Shown piece after piece: positions 12,794-25,409 of a DNA stretch of 64,000 nt. Within the stretch, counting starts at the first letter, position 1, and every line of letters starts with the position of its first letter. The translations under genes were made by a program, and so were the position numbers. Source of the DNA: Camelus ferus (lineage: Eukaryota); contig NC_045697.1 of assembly GCF_009834535.1 (NCBI RefSeq), forward strand, positions 32,428,001-32,492,000, read 5' to 3'. The notes below the pieces were generated by a model. The model worked only from the letters and a program-made list of their open reading frames with translations. It ran no database searches and was not told the origin of the DNA.

Positions 12794-13178
12794 TGTTATG
12801 GCTGAATTGTGTTGTCCAAACTTTCATATATTGAAGTCTTAACCTCCAGTACCTCAGAATGTGACTGCATTTAAAGATAGGCTCTTTAAAGTGTTAATTG
12901 TGTTAAGATGAGGTACTTAGGTGGGCTCTAATCCAACCTGATCGGTGTCCTCATAAGAAGAGGATATTTGGACAGGGCAAGTATAGAGATAAGACAGTGT
13001 GAAGACACAAAGAGAAAATGGCCATTGCAAGAGAAGGAGAGAGCCCTCAGAAGAAACCAACCCTTCATGCACCTTCATCTTGGACTTCTAGCCTCCAGAC
13101 TGTGAAAAGATAAATTTCTATGTTTTAGGCTACCTGCTCTCTGGTGTCCTGTTTTGGCAGCCCTAGCAGACTAATACA
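12794..13178 (+). mobile_element. MaLR solo LTR (MLT1B-like)
   Basis: TG...CA termini: 'tgttatggctgaattgtg...cagtacctcagaatgtgactg...cagccctagcagactaataca'. Confidence 0.88.
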
Positions 13179-13199
13179 GTTCTCTCCTGAAATAACAGG

Positions 13200-13835
13200 G
13201 AGACCCTTTAAAACTTTAAAATGTCTAAATCATATCACAGTACACCTGTCCCTACTCCCAGTCCCCCAAGACAATTACCTCCAAGTCTTCTAATGGATTC
13301 CCATCATTAAAGTAAAATCCTAAGACCCACGTAGCACAAGCGAGTGCTCCGTGAGAAACTGGGTGGTTTCTCTTACCTCATTTTCTATCTTTCTTCCAGT
13401 CCTTCAGTGTGGTCTTGCTTTATTGACCTTCTTTCTGTTCCTCAAACACATCACATTAATTCCTATCTTAAAAATCATTTTATTTGCTGTTACTTCAGCC
13501 TGAAAGATCTTCTTCCAAAAATGTACATGTTCAATCTGATGGTGTTCTGGTTTCTTCAAATGTCATCACCTCAGTCTTCCACTAATCACCCTATCTAAAA
13601 TGGGCAACATCCTACCACTCTGTCTTTTTACTTGGCTTTCTTTCTTTTATTAGTACTTATTGCTGACAGATGTATTATACAAATACTCTCTTAAATTATT
13701 TCTGTGTTTGTACATAACCTCCTTCCACTATAAGATAAAACCCTTGAGAATAGGGACTCTGTTTTGCTCTGTTTTACTCACTCTTGTAATCTCAGTGCCT
13801 AGAAATCACTTTTCAAAAAGTGAGTACTCAAAAGA
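13200..13835 (+). mobile_element. L2 3' fragment
   Basis: 'taaatcatatcac...taaaatccta...cccttgagaatagggactctgttttgctctgttttactcact...ctcagtgcctagaa'. Confidence 0.6.
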
Positions 13836-13877
13836 TGTTTTTGTAGTAACACATATAGCTATTAAATGATGTTTCTT

Positions 13878-14018
13878 AGTGGCAGGGTATAGCTCAGTGT
13901 TAGAGTGCAAAAGCACGAGGTCCTGGGTTCAATCCCCACAGTACCTCCATTAAAATAAATAAATAAACAAACAAACCTAATAACCCCCCCCAAAAGCCAA
14001 CCAACCAAATAAAAAAAA
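13878..14018 (+). mobile_element. tRNA-derived camelid SINE (Vic-1-like)
   Basis: A box 'tagctcagtgttag', B box 'gggttcaatccc', A-rich tail; TSD aaatg(a/g)tgtttctt at 13864-13877 and 14019-14032. Confidence 0.9.
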
Positions 14019-14105
14019 AAATGGTGTTTCTTTAGTTAATACCATGGGAGAAGTTGCTGTATTTCATTTAATGAGCATATAAAGGAAAAAAAATACATGA
14101 ATCAA

Positions 14106-14774
14106 CTTACCATATGATTGAGCAATCCCACTCCTGGGCATACATCTGGAGGGAACTCTAATTTGAAAAGATACATGCACCCCAATGTTCATAGCAGCAC
14201 TACTTACAGTAGCCAAGACATTTAGAAAACAACCTAAATGTCCATTGACAGATGATTGGATAAAGAGGTTGTGGTATATTTAAACAATGGAATACTACTT
14301 AGCCATAAAAATCAATAAAATAATGCCATTTGCAGCAACATGGATGGACCTGTAGATCATTATTCTAAGTGAAGTAAGTCAGACAAAGAAAAATATCATA
14401 TGTTATCACTCATATGTAAAATCTTAAAAAAAAAAAAAGATGCAAACTTATTTACAAAATGGAAGTAGACTCAAAGATATAGAAAACAAACTTATGGTTT
14501 CCAGTGGGGGAAAAGGAGTGGGAAGGGATAAATTGGGAGTTCAAAATTAGCATATACTAACTACTGCATATAAAATAGATAAACAACAAGTTTCTTCTGT
14601 ATAGCACAGGAAACTGTATTCAATATCTTACAGTAACCTATAATAAAAAGAAAAAAAAATGGATATATATATATATGTATATATATATCACTGTGCTGTA
14701 CACCAGAAATTGACACAACATTGTAAAATGACTATACTCCAATAAAAAAAGAAAAGAAAGAAAATCACACACAC
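14106..14774 (+). mobile_element. 5'-truncated lineage-specific L1 (ORF2 end + 3'UTR)
   Basis: 'gcaatcccactcctgggcata...tgcaccccaatgttcatagcagcac...gcaacatggatggacct'; AATAAA and A-rich tail; 18-bp TSD aaaaaataca(t/g)gaatcaa at 14088-14105 and 14775-14792. Confidence 0.92.
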
Positions 14775-15019
14775 AAAAAATACAGGAATCAATGTGTCTT
14801 CTTTTAGGATGAAACACAACTTAAAATAGCAAAGCAGTAAAAGAGCCAAAAAAAACCTTCAAGTATTAGCCAAATCTAATCCATAGACTGTTGGTTTTGT
14901 CACGACCACCTTGTCTTATCAGATTGTTATTATAGAAATCATTGGATGGTCATTTGCGGTTACTGGGGCTGTAAGAAAATTTTATAATTTATTTGGTTCG
15001 GCCCTTTTTAGTCCTAGAT

Positions 15020-15200
15020 GAGTATAAAACTTGGTTCTGATCTTAGTCTGCCATTTAGTAAATCAGTGACCTGAGACAAATCTTTTAATACTACTGAACC
15101 TAACTGCTTCATCTGTAAACTATGAATAATAATATCAGCCCTGCCTGTCACATGGGGTTATAGCAAGTTTCCGTTTTAATAATGCATTTATTTTGTTATC
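15020..15200. mobile_element. MIR SINE
   Basis: 'gtgacctgagacaaatc...ctgaacct...cttcatctgtaaactatgaataataata'. Confidence 0.6.
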
Positions 15201-16254
15201 TGAAAAACACTCTGCAATGATGAGTGGCAGTGTGGTCTTAGTGACAGTCCAATCAAAATTGTGAACAAATACCATTTTCTGTCCCTAGGATTTTCATTGC
15301 TGTGACACAGTCCTCAAGCTAGCCCCAGAATTTAAAGAAGCAACATAATTGGAAATCCTTGTACTATTAGATCTAAGGATATTTTATCTGATATGATAAA
15401 ATATTAATTTAGTGACCACATCAGATAATTAACAGGAAATATATTATGCATTGCCCTTCAAGGACCTATGAGAATAGTCCATAGGACTTGCAAATTTCAC
15501 AGGAAGGCAGGCCCTGAGAAAGTCCAGCTAAGGCAAAGTCTATTGACATCTCGAGGAATGGGCTGGTAGAGGATACCCTGACTCTGTGGACAGCTGGGAT
15601 GTTGTGTTACAGAGAAGTAGATCACAGAGTGGGAGTGGTAAGGAGTACCTGGAGTTGGACAAGAAAAGAGGATGAGAAAATCACTTTGAATCATTAAAAA
15701 TTTTCTTAGACCTGTTCTCTACTGTTTATTGCCTCTTGAGAAATCATGCTATTACATGGAATTTACATAATTATTAAAAACTAATGGTGGTACTATTCAA
15801 ATGGAAAAATAGAAGTCTCCAAGATTATATTTCATTTATGAGATCACTTTTTTTATAGCTTTTCCTTCAGTTAGATGTGTTTAAATGTAAAAATACCTTT
15901 TTAACACCATTTAAATTTATGAAGCAAAATGTAAAATTCAGGCATATGTATAAAGTTTTAAACATAGTCTTATTTAGTAATGATTATAATTCAAATAGAT
16001 ATAAATAAAAGAAAAAGCCGTAACTAGTTTTTGGAACAGAACTATAAGTATGGATGTAGTGATGAAAGTGTATAATATTTTTCTTTTTTGTGAATATAAA
16101 TCCCTGTTCAATCTTTAGTTCACTTCTGCATGTATTTGAATATGTGCTGTGGTATATACCACTTATGAAAAATGCAAATAATACTTAAGAAAAGAAATTA
16201 CCATTCATTTAACAATCTGACAGGCTTTGGTTTCAAAAAGGCTTGAATTATATA

Positions 16255-16650
16255 ACAGAATTTGAGTGATGGAGAACAGATCAGTGGTTGCCAAAGATTA
16301 GGGTTGATTATTTAAGGCATTAGTATGAGAAAAATGTGGTATCTTCTTTGCACTAATAGAGCAGTTCTGTATCCTGATTGTGATGATGGTTACAGAAATT
16401 TTCCCCTCATATAAATATATGCATAATACATACACACACAAGACTGAGTGTAGAAACCTTTGACATCTGTATAGAATCTGAACCTGAGTTAATGGTATTA
16501 CACCAGTGTCAACTTCCTGGTTTTGACAGTGCACTGTGGTTATGTAGGTAAGATATAATCATTGAGGGACGTTGGGTGAGGATAAAATCATAATTCTCTT
16601 TACTATTTTTGTAACTTCTAGTGAGAAATTATTTTAAAATAAAAAGTATT
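16255..16650 (+). mobile_element. Old L1 3'UTR (L1MC-like)
   Basis: 'gatggagaacagatcagtggttgcca...gttctgtatcctgattgtgatgatggttaca...ccagtgtcaacttcctggttttga...aaaataaaaagt'. Confidence 0.75.
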
Positions 16651-18483
16651 AAAAGAAGAATAAATAAAAAGATTCAAAAAGAACTGCTGCTTTCCCCATT
16701 GTTGTACAAATTTCAGCATATTATCATTCAACTTGTCTAGGCTTTGGTTTCCTCATCTGTAACATTGGGATAATATTATAATTCCTATAGGATAGTATGG
16801 TTACCATGCTTAAACTGTATAATATATATAAGTGCTATATACAGACCAATACTTTGTACAGCATAAAGTTGATGCTTAAACATTGAGTTTCCTACTTCTT
16901 TCTGTGTCATTGGTTTTTAAGGTCTCAGGTGGAAGCTTGTTCAAAAACAGGGAGCCAAAGTGGGTGGCTGTATCTCGTCATCTGAATAGGAGGATGTTCT
17001 CTATCCTTTGAAAAGGTCTCAGTGCTCTTAAATAGTTTAGCTCCTACTTTGGGTCCTTTCAAACCAATAACCTCACAAGTTGCTACATCACCAAAAGAGA
17101 ATTCATTCTCATTGAGTTTTTTCCTTGTATCTAATCAGTAGTTGCTGGGGCCTAAAGTTTATAGCCTCAGTTGCTTTTTCTTAATTATATATTGAATAAT
17201 ACTTGATTTAAATATTTCTTCAGTAAGCAATTGTTAACTAATGTACATCTATTATTTTTTTTCCAATTATACTGCTTGCAGTCCAAACATTCAGCATTTG
17301 GGCCTTTCCAAATAGTCTGAGGGTAAAATAGTCAAAATTAAAACTAAGATATTCTCTTCCCTGAAGTCATACCTGGTTGTACATTTCCTGAAGGTGGACA
17401 CTGCATTTTCTTTCCCAGAGGAAAAAGCAAAAATGACAAAAGCCTAACACAGGCTGAGCCTATTTCAAGTAAGTGGAGAGTGGAGGGGGAAGGTGTCAGC
17501 ATTCTTCCCTCTTTGCTGTGCTTTGATCACTTTATATGTGAGATTCTAGTTAAAAGAACATGATTGTAGAAAGAAGCAAGTTTCCAGAAGGCCTGTTATA
17601 TTAGGACCAACTGAGGAAGTTGGGGATCTTCCTTTTGAAAAGAAGAAAATGGAAAGAAAATACAATGAAAAATGACAAAATGCAAGAAAGTATAATATGG
17701 TGTGCATGTACTTGGTGACCATGTCTCTGTGTCATAGAACAAGGGAACATGCTGAAAAGCTCAAAAAGCATAAATTAAGGGTGCATGAAAGCTTCATCTA
17801 TCCTCACAGTATATACTAGGGCTAAGGTGTGGTTTACTGTGAAAGGTAGTGATACAAGAACAAACTGGTTCACAAATGTTTGGGTAAGTTATAATTTTTT
17901 CCTCCTAAATCATAGACCTATATGGGTCTTATATATCTTGTTAAAAAAGCATTACATGAACCAGATAATACAGTAGATTTCAAATAACAAGAGTTACATA
18001 ATATATGTGGACAAATAAATGAATGAACCTGTAGACTGACTTGACACGTGTTTATTGTGTGGCCTCTATTGAATGTCCCTGTATCATTCCAGGAGCCCAA
18101 AATTCAGACTCGAAGTGTTGTGCTTGAGGAGCTTATAGTCCAGTTGATCGAGAAAACAATAAGCAAAGTTAATAAGTAAAATACTTATCAGCTTAGATGA
18201 TGGGAAGCTCTGTGGTAAAAAATAATGCAAGGAAGTTGGATGGAGTTGATAGGGACTTTTCACTTAAAATTAAAAGATCTAGGAAAAATTGCCCTGAGGT
18301 GATATTTGCATGAAGATCCAAAGCAGGTAAAGGAATCATCTGTGCAAACATCTGGGGGAGGGGTTTTCCAGATGTTTCAGGATCTATGTAAAGGTCAGTA
18401 TGACTGAAACAGGGTTATGGACAGATGTGGGGGTTAGTAGTTTTTAAAGAGAGCAGAAAAGTAGGTGGATCATTTTCAGGGGC

Positions 18484-18626
18484 AGTGCTTCTCAAATGTT
18501 AATTTGCATGTGAGCCACCTGTGTGTCACAATAAACGAAGACTCTGACTTAGGAAGTCCAGAGACCTTCCATTTTGTGCAGGCTCCCTCGGGATGCTGTT
18601 GCTTCTGGTCCGTAGATCACACTTTG

Positions 18627-18633
<7 letters not shown>
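18484..18633. mobile_element. MER5B-like hAT MITE
   Basis: 'cagtgcttctcaaatgttaatttgcatgtgagccacctg...ctggtccgtagatcacactttgaacagca'. Confidence 0.75.

Positions 18634-18660
<27 letters not shown>
18633..18660 (+). repeat. Poly(A) run, 28 nt
   Basis: Read directly from the sequence. Confidence 0.95.
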
Positions 18661-18707
18661 CCAACTGGGACACGTGTAGCATTGTGAAGATTTGGATTTA
18701 CTTTGAA

Positions 18708-19182
18708 TGTTGTGGATTGAACTGTGACCTTCTACAAAAAAAAAAAAAAAGATATGCTCAAATGCTACCTCCCAGGGTATATGACCTTATTTGAAAATAG
18801 GATCTTTGCAGATATCGTCAGTTTAAGCTAAGGTCATCGCACATTGTGGCAGGGAAGGGGGCATTACTACAATAACTAATGTCCTTATAAGAAGAGGAAA
18901 TTTGGACAGAGACACACAGTAGAGAAGGCCATGAGAGGATGGAGGCAGAGATAGCAGTGATGCAGCTACAAGTCAAGGAACACTAATGATTGCTGCCAAC
19001 CACTAGGAAGAAACTAGGAAGAGACAAGGAATAATTCTCCCTTGAGCCTTCAGAGAGGATGGCTCTGCTGAGTCCTTAATTTCAGACGTCTAGCCTCTAA
19101 AACTGTGACAGAGAAATTTCCCATTGTATTAAGCCACCCAGGATGTGGTAATTTGTTACAGAAGCCCAAGGAAACTAATACA
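18708..19182 (+). mobile_element. MaLR solo LTR (MLT1C-like)
   Basis: TG...CA termini; 'tgaccttatttgaaaataggatctttgcagat...gcagctacaagtcaaggaa...ggaaactaataca'. Confidence 0.88.
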
Positions 19183-19911
19183 CTGAGTGAGGTGGAGACT
19201 TAAACCATCAGATGGTTTGAGGGAGAAGAATGGCTCAATCTGGCTGCAGAGATGAGGCTGGAAGCAGGTGGGGCAGCCCAGAAGCAGGGAGATCAGTTTG
19301 GAGGCTCCAGCAGTAAACTGAACGGGCTAGTGAAGAGATGAAGGTGGTTTGAATCAGGGTGGCAGTGATGGTGGAGAGACAGGGACATCCTCCAAGTTGA
19401 TTCTGAGGCTTGTGTCAACAAGGTTTGTTCATACAGTGTGCATTATGAAAGAATCAGGGGAGTTAAAGATGAAAACAAGGTATGGGGGCTTAAAGAGAAG
19501 GATGGAGTACGCTAAATGAGATGGGGAAGATGGTGGGAGGAGAAGTGGGGAGAATAATGGAGGTTAAGAGCTCTGTTTTGGGTCTGTGAAGTGTGAGATG
19601 TCTACTGTGCCTCAACTAGAGATGGCAGGTAGACAACGTGGTGTGTGTCTGGAACCCAGGAGTTTCAGTTGGAAATAGAACTATTATGAGTTCTTAAGAG
19701 AAATCACTGTATTTGGGAAAGATGCACTAACATTTTAAGATCGATGTCAGGAAGGAGGGTTATGTACTTCTAAACCATGATCTTTAGTGTCACTCCTCAC
19801 AAATTATACTGGGCCATGTGTCCGCCCTTGACATTTCTGACATTTGTTGTAAAAAGTACCAAGAAGTAATAGTTAGGAGATGGATTTTTTTTTTTTTTCC
19901 TACTTAGGGCT

Positions 19912-20344
19912 TGCCGTAGCCCAAATTGTGTCAACCCCAGAATCTGTGTATTTAAGCCCTAACCCCTAATGTGATGATTTGTATGGTGGCATTTGGAGAT
20001 GGGGCCTTTGGAAATAAATTAGGTTTAGATGAGGTCATGAGGGTCAGGCTCTCATAATGAGATTAGTGCCTTTATAGAAACAGCACCTGTCTGTCTGTCT
20101 GCTCTCTTCCCCTCTTTCTCTCTCTCCACCTACCCCTGCTCCTTTCATCAGCCCTCCTGCCTGCCATGAGGACAGAGGGAGAAGGTGGCCATCTGCAAGC
20201 CAGCAAGAGAGCTCTCACCACAACCCAACCATGCTGTCACCCTGATGTTGGGCTTCCAGCCTCCAGATACATGAGAATACTTTTCTGTTGTTTAAGCCAC
20301 CTCGTCTGGAATTTTTGTCACTGCAGCCCAAGCCGGCTAAGACA
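19912..20344 (+). mobile_element. MaLR solo LTR (MLT1A-like) with 5-bp TSD
   Basis: TG...CA termini; 'gggct' duplicated at 19907-19911 and 20345-20349. Confidence 0.9.
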
Positions 20345-21546
20345 GGGCTGTTTTTATAAATTCTGACTCTCTGTAACTTTAAAGCTTCTGAGATAAACAG
20401 TTGGTCTGACAGGCATATTCATTATTGTCTGCTAACTTTAAATTTGATGCCTCAGTGTGAAAAGCCTGACCTCACTTGGATTTGTGTGATACTTTGAAAC
20501 CTCATACCAGATCAAGAATGGGGAACTTTCACTGTTTAGTGCTTGCAATAAAAATCAGCCACTCGGAGGTGGGCCTGTGTTCACCAGGCTTGCTGAAGAA
20601 GCAGGAGTCATGTTGCACGTATGAAATATCACCTAATATTTACTTGGATCACATATATTTTCTGTTTTTATCTTAGATACTTTCACCTCAGAAAGTGTGT
20701 TACTATCAGGAATTACTTATAGATGTAGTAATACAGTGATTCCTTTCATCACCATTTTAAGAAAAGTCTTGTCCATTTATGGGGACTGGAGGTGGGGTCG
20801 GGGAGACACACGAATGTCGAGCTCTGCTTGTGACGTGGAAGGTATGTTTGTCTCAGTAATAGAAAAGCTGTTGTTACTGCAAAAAGACCCTGTAGTTCTT
20901 TAAAAAAAAAAAAAATGGAGCTGTCATTTTGACCTCCATCTGCCTGAATATTTGTCTCTCACTTGGTTTAAAACTCTGACAGGGAAAAGACTGTTTATCA
21001 AGCCCTCCAGGCCCAATATGGGCCCAGGAGGGAGAAAAACCCACCTATATTGAAATGGCTGATCAATCTAAGTGAGAAAACGATAGCTACCGTCCTGGTT
21101 TTCTTGTCCATTGCCAAAAAAGTGACCTAGTCTGACCTCCTCTAATTAGGCCACGTTGAGCAACAGAAATCCTACTTGTGCATTTTTCTAGGCACAGGGA
21201 ATGGCTGTTCCAGATAGTGGGTTTCTAATTTGCCCTTCTGAGGAATGAACTTTGCATGGAAGATGATTAGGTATTTGTAATCTTTAGATTTTTTTTTTAA
21301 TTGATTTAAAGTCATGCTATTTCTAAGTGTTCCTGTTTGTACTTTGAGGTATTGTTGTGGCTGACAAAATGGTGTTATCACCACTGGATCTACGTGTGAT
21401 CATCAAGGTAACAGGTAGCATTCATGAATTTTAAAATACACGCTTAATAAATTGGCTAGTATAGATAGCTTTTGTGTCACAAAACTGATATGAAAACTAG
21501 GATATGCATTTAAATTCAACACTGGCAGAGTATGGTCTGTGGTGTG

Positions 21547-21690
21547 TGCTGAGTCAGGCGTAGTAGTGAGATTGACTCATTATACATCAGCAAGTTGTAT
21601 GTCGTAAACCTCCGACTGTGACTGCGACAGACACAGTGCATTCCTGCTGTTCCTATTTTATTTGACTCACTGTCATACACAGCTGATACC
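21547..21690. promoter_or_regulatory. Putative enhancer: three AP-1 sites (one ARE/NF-E2 type) plus a TEAD motif
   Basis: TGCTGAGTCA 21547-21556, TGACTCA 21573-21579 and 21663-21669, GCATTCC 21638-21644, in apparently non-repeat sequence. Confidence 0.4.
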
Positions 21691-21921
21691 ATGTTAACTT
21701 CTTGATCACACATCAGTTCTATTTCCTAAACCTCCTACAATAAGTTTGACCATAAGATCTATTTATTCATTTTAAAACTTTTTGCTAACATTAGCTCCCT
21801 CTGAAGCTACACTTTGCTCAAATAAGAGTCTGTGTCTCACCCTATGCCAATTACCAAGATTCTCTACATTGAATTATTTCTGTATAGCTGTGTAAATCAA
21901 CACAGTTCCTATCTTCTAATT

Positions 21922-22105
21922 CAGTGCATCTCAAAACTGCAGCCTACTTACTGACCAATGGCATCAGCGTCACCTGGACTTCATTAGAAATGAAAATTAT
22001 CAGGTCTTATTGTACACCTGCTTTATCTGAGCTGAGGCTCAGGGATCTGTGTTTTCACAAGCCCTCCGTATGATGCTGATGCCTGATACAGTTTAAGATC
22101 CACTG
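21922..22105. mobile_element. MER5A hAT MITE
   Basis: Terminal 'cagtgcatctcaaa' and 'tttaagatccactg'; internal 'gcatcagcgtcacctgga...tagaaatg', 'atctgtgttttcacaagccctcc'. Confidence 0.85.
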
Positions 22106-24199
22106 TTGTGTTTGGTTAAGTAATCAAAGAAATAGCACTGGCATGGATTACACAGCCTATGAAACATATTTCCTGATTTTCTAAAGACAGGGCATTAAGA
22201 AGCAGGTCTATTTTGGGTCCCATTAGATAGATTCTGTTACTGAAGATTAAAAAAATTTTCTTGTATGAAGTTCTTATTGAAGTTATTATCAGTCTATTCC
22301 AAGAGTTATATGTCCTGAGGGTAAACCTGAACAAATCTCAAACATACTAAGAAATGATCTAACACATAAGGAACTAAATATTACAATAATTAGGAAACTT
22401 TTCTTTTACTTAAAATACATATATTTAAAAACATATACGGTTTAAACATTCAATTTATTTTGATACTAAATAAGAGCATATGGCCCAAATATTAAAAATG
22501 ATGAACTAAATTCTAAGCCTAATGGGACTTCTTTCCTTTTCTCTTCTGCACCTGCATAAAGACCTGACCCTGAGTGGCTCTGTCGGCAATGGAAATAATG
22601 AGCCCTTCCACTGCATTTCACCTTTCAGTCATGTAATCTGATCACCAACTCTCTCATAAAGGCTCTAAAACTCGTAGGTACTGCTGACTTTGATTCTTCC
22701 TCGTGTTTGTTGCTCTCTGATGGCACATGTGATACTTAAAGAGTTACAGTCACTCCTTCAGGGGGCAGTTAGTATTTTGAAGCCCATAGTTCAGAAAATA
22801 TTTTTCCACTACAGAAAGACTGAGGCTGGAGAAGAATCAAAAGTAAACTGTCAATCTTAAAGACACTGAAGAACCTTACAGCAGAGGAAGAGCAGGGTCA
22901 CCCCTCCAGTGAGCTGCAAAGCTGGGACTGGTGGCTGGTACCATCTGCCCCTCTTCTGTGCTTCCAGCTTGCAGTCATGCTTGCACTGAATGGGAAAAAT
23001 CTCCTTGGGGTGGGCGTGGGTCTGGCCTCAAGTGCTCCTGCTCAGTTATGGCTTCCTTTGCCATATGATCTCTCCACGGCCCCCTGGAATAATGAAAACC
23101 TTTTAATCTTACCTCACACTGTGAATAGCTGAGTGTCATACGGTGGTAGTAATTGGGAAAAAATGACTCAAACGTTTCCAAAATTTGTAAAGTTTTCATT
23201 GTCACTTAAGGGACCTCTGGTCTTTAAGTGTTTTGAAATACTTTTCAAAGCAACTATTCTCTCTGGCCAATGAGTTGTGACAAGTTTTCTATTTTTAACC
23301 TTTTTCCTTTGTAAGACAATGTTGGAAGAAAGAGTGGAGAAAAGATCAAATTGACTGAGAAAACCCTATACTGAATATGATTAAGTTTTTATTAGTTAAA
23401 AAAATTCAGTGTTTTCTAACTATAGAAGTGGCAATTTCAGGTTCTAATATATCCAAAGAATAGGAGCTCAAGTTAGATATTAAGATATCTTATAGGAAAA
23501 ATGAATTTGATATATTTCTGGCATTCTTCAAATTGTGTCTAACATTCATACCCAGTACATTAATTTTTAAATGTATTTTAATTGTATTTACATAAAGGAT
23601 TATCATCAATAGAGTGGTAGCTTTTTTTCTGTCTCCTTAAAGAGTCAGATGAGAAATGGACTGAATCATTATTTTAAAAAAATTCATTAGGCTATAATTA
23701 ATAATCAAAATATACTGATTATCAAGATGATTTATTACTTGAACCTGTCTACCAAGGTTATTTTCAACTTGAGTTGAAAACTTTCTTGAAATTTTGAGAA
23801 ATTTTTTTTCAAATTACAACATTTTTTGAGGGTTCAAGAATTTTTATTTCTAGTCTTTGGACATAGTTCTGTGCGATTATTTGTCTCTTGCAGTTGCTGT
23901 TCTATGGTTTAGAATTTCTCCATTCTCAACTGAATGCAAAAACCCTTATAGCTCTCAATAAGTAGCAACACTGGAAAGTAAAAACTAATGAGATATGGTA
24001 CTCACTCTTAGGGAACCACGAAAGGTATTTGGAGACATACAGGAGACATTCTACCAGGCCATTGGATCTTTAAAGAGTCAGTTCAAGTATCATTATCCAT
24101 GTGAATATTTTCCTGATTTTGAGAGGATGTTTTGTCTTCACCAGTATGGTAGCAATTACTGCATTGGATTGCCTATGATGCTACAGGTAGCATGTTAAA

Positions 24200-24350
24200 A
24201 GGGTATCAGAACATTCAGAACGCTGAAGAATTGGAAGTATTTTGGAGATGACTTATCTCAATATTCCCGGATTCTCCAGATAAAGATATGAAGACATAGA
24301 GAGGTTAAATGACATTCTCTAGGATGCAAAGTTAGTTGGTAGCATGTTTT
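24200..24350. mobile_element. MIR SINE
   Basis: 'cagataaagatatgaagacatagagaggttaaatgac...gttagttggtagca'. Confidence 0.55.
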
Positions 24351-25409
24351 GTGTCCTTTATGAACTTCTGAATCAATAAAACGTAATTATATCATAAAAT
24401 GATTAAGTAAATCATTAGGCAGTTAAATAGTATTTGGTAATTAAAACTTTATTAATAAATTATACCTAAAACCAATACATTGCTCCACTTAGCACAATCG
24501 TTCCTTCTTAAGTATCCCTCTTTTGTACAAGTAGAACTGTATTTTTGCTTTGGCTTTAAACTCAAAACTGATTTAGATGATGACTTCTTACATCTAAAAT
24601 GTGAGGGAGGGAGGGAGAATGTGCATGTGACTGTATACTCTGGATAACCTCTTAGAAAATGCCTAAGGCACAGTTTGTAATATCATCGCAAAATAACCAA
24701 TGCTGTAGACTACATACAAAATGGTATTATGTGTATCAGCGTTGTGAGCCCAGGAGGGTGGACAAAGAGGGTTGTCATTGTAAAGCTACTGCCCAGCAGG
24801 ATGGCTTTTGCAGGGATAGGATGACACAGATTATTTCTTCCCCTGTGAGCAAAGAGCTTGTCACCTCCTCAGCACATCCCTTCTCCCCTGCATGGGGTTG
24901 TGTGGCCCATGCTGACTTTCAAATCTTAACCTGCAAAAAAAATCTTTTTAGAAATACCTTCCATTACAATCAGTTTTGAAAGATGCTTGCAGGCTGAATT
25001 TAATGGTGAGTCAGTCATTGTAAGAGCTTACTATTTATTCTATAAAAGGGGTATGCTTTGTCTTGGAAAAGCACTATATGCTTAAATCATATTGGCTGTA
25101 TTTCTCCTCTTAATTATCAGATGTATTCGATGTTCATTTTCTACTAGTATTTTCTACCGAGCATTTTGAGAGTGCATTTCACCAGCTTTCTCAATTCAAA
25201 GTAAGTATTTTAAGTACATTTATTCACTTAGTCATTCAGTTTTCTTTGAGGTTCAACAAGGTGCCAGATATTGTCATTTCCCTGATAATGTATGTGAGGC
25301 CCTGAAGGTGTTTAATGGATTTTCAGCTACTTTGAATATTGCCGTTAAAAGTTTTCAAATGGTTAAGGTTTTCTTTCCTTCCTTTATTATTTCCTTTTTT
25401 TTTTTTTTT

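Larger units (their letters stand above)
18035..19700 (-). mobile_element. L2 LINE interrupted by MER5B and MLT1C
   Basis: L2-like text on both sides of the nested elements ('cttgaggagcttatagtccag', 'ctctgttttgggtctgtgaagtgtgagatgtct'). Confidence 0.65.

Noticed and set aside
13878..13950. tRNA gene (also at 56.1 and 61.4 kb)
   Set aside because: The A/B boxes belong to tRNA-derived SINEs with A-rich tails and TSDs; no intact cloverleaf.
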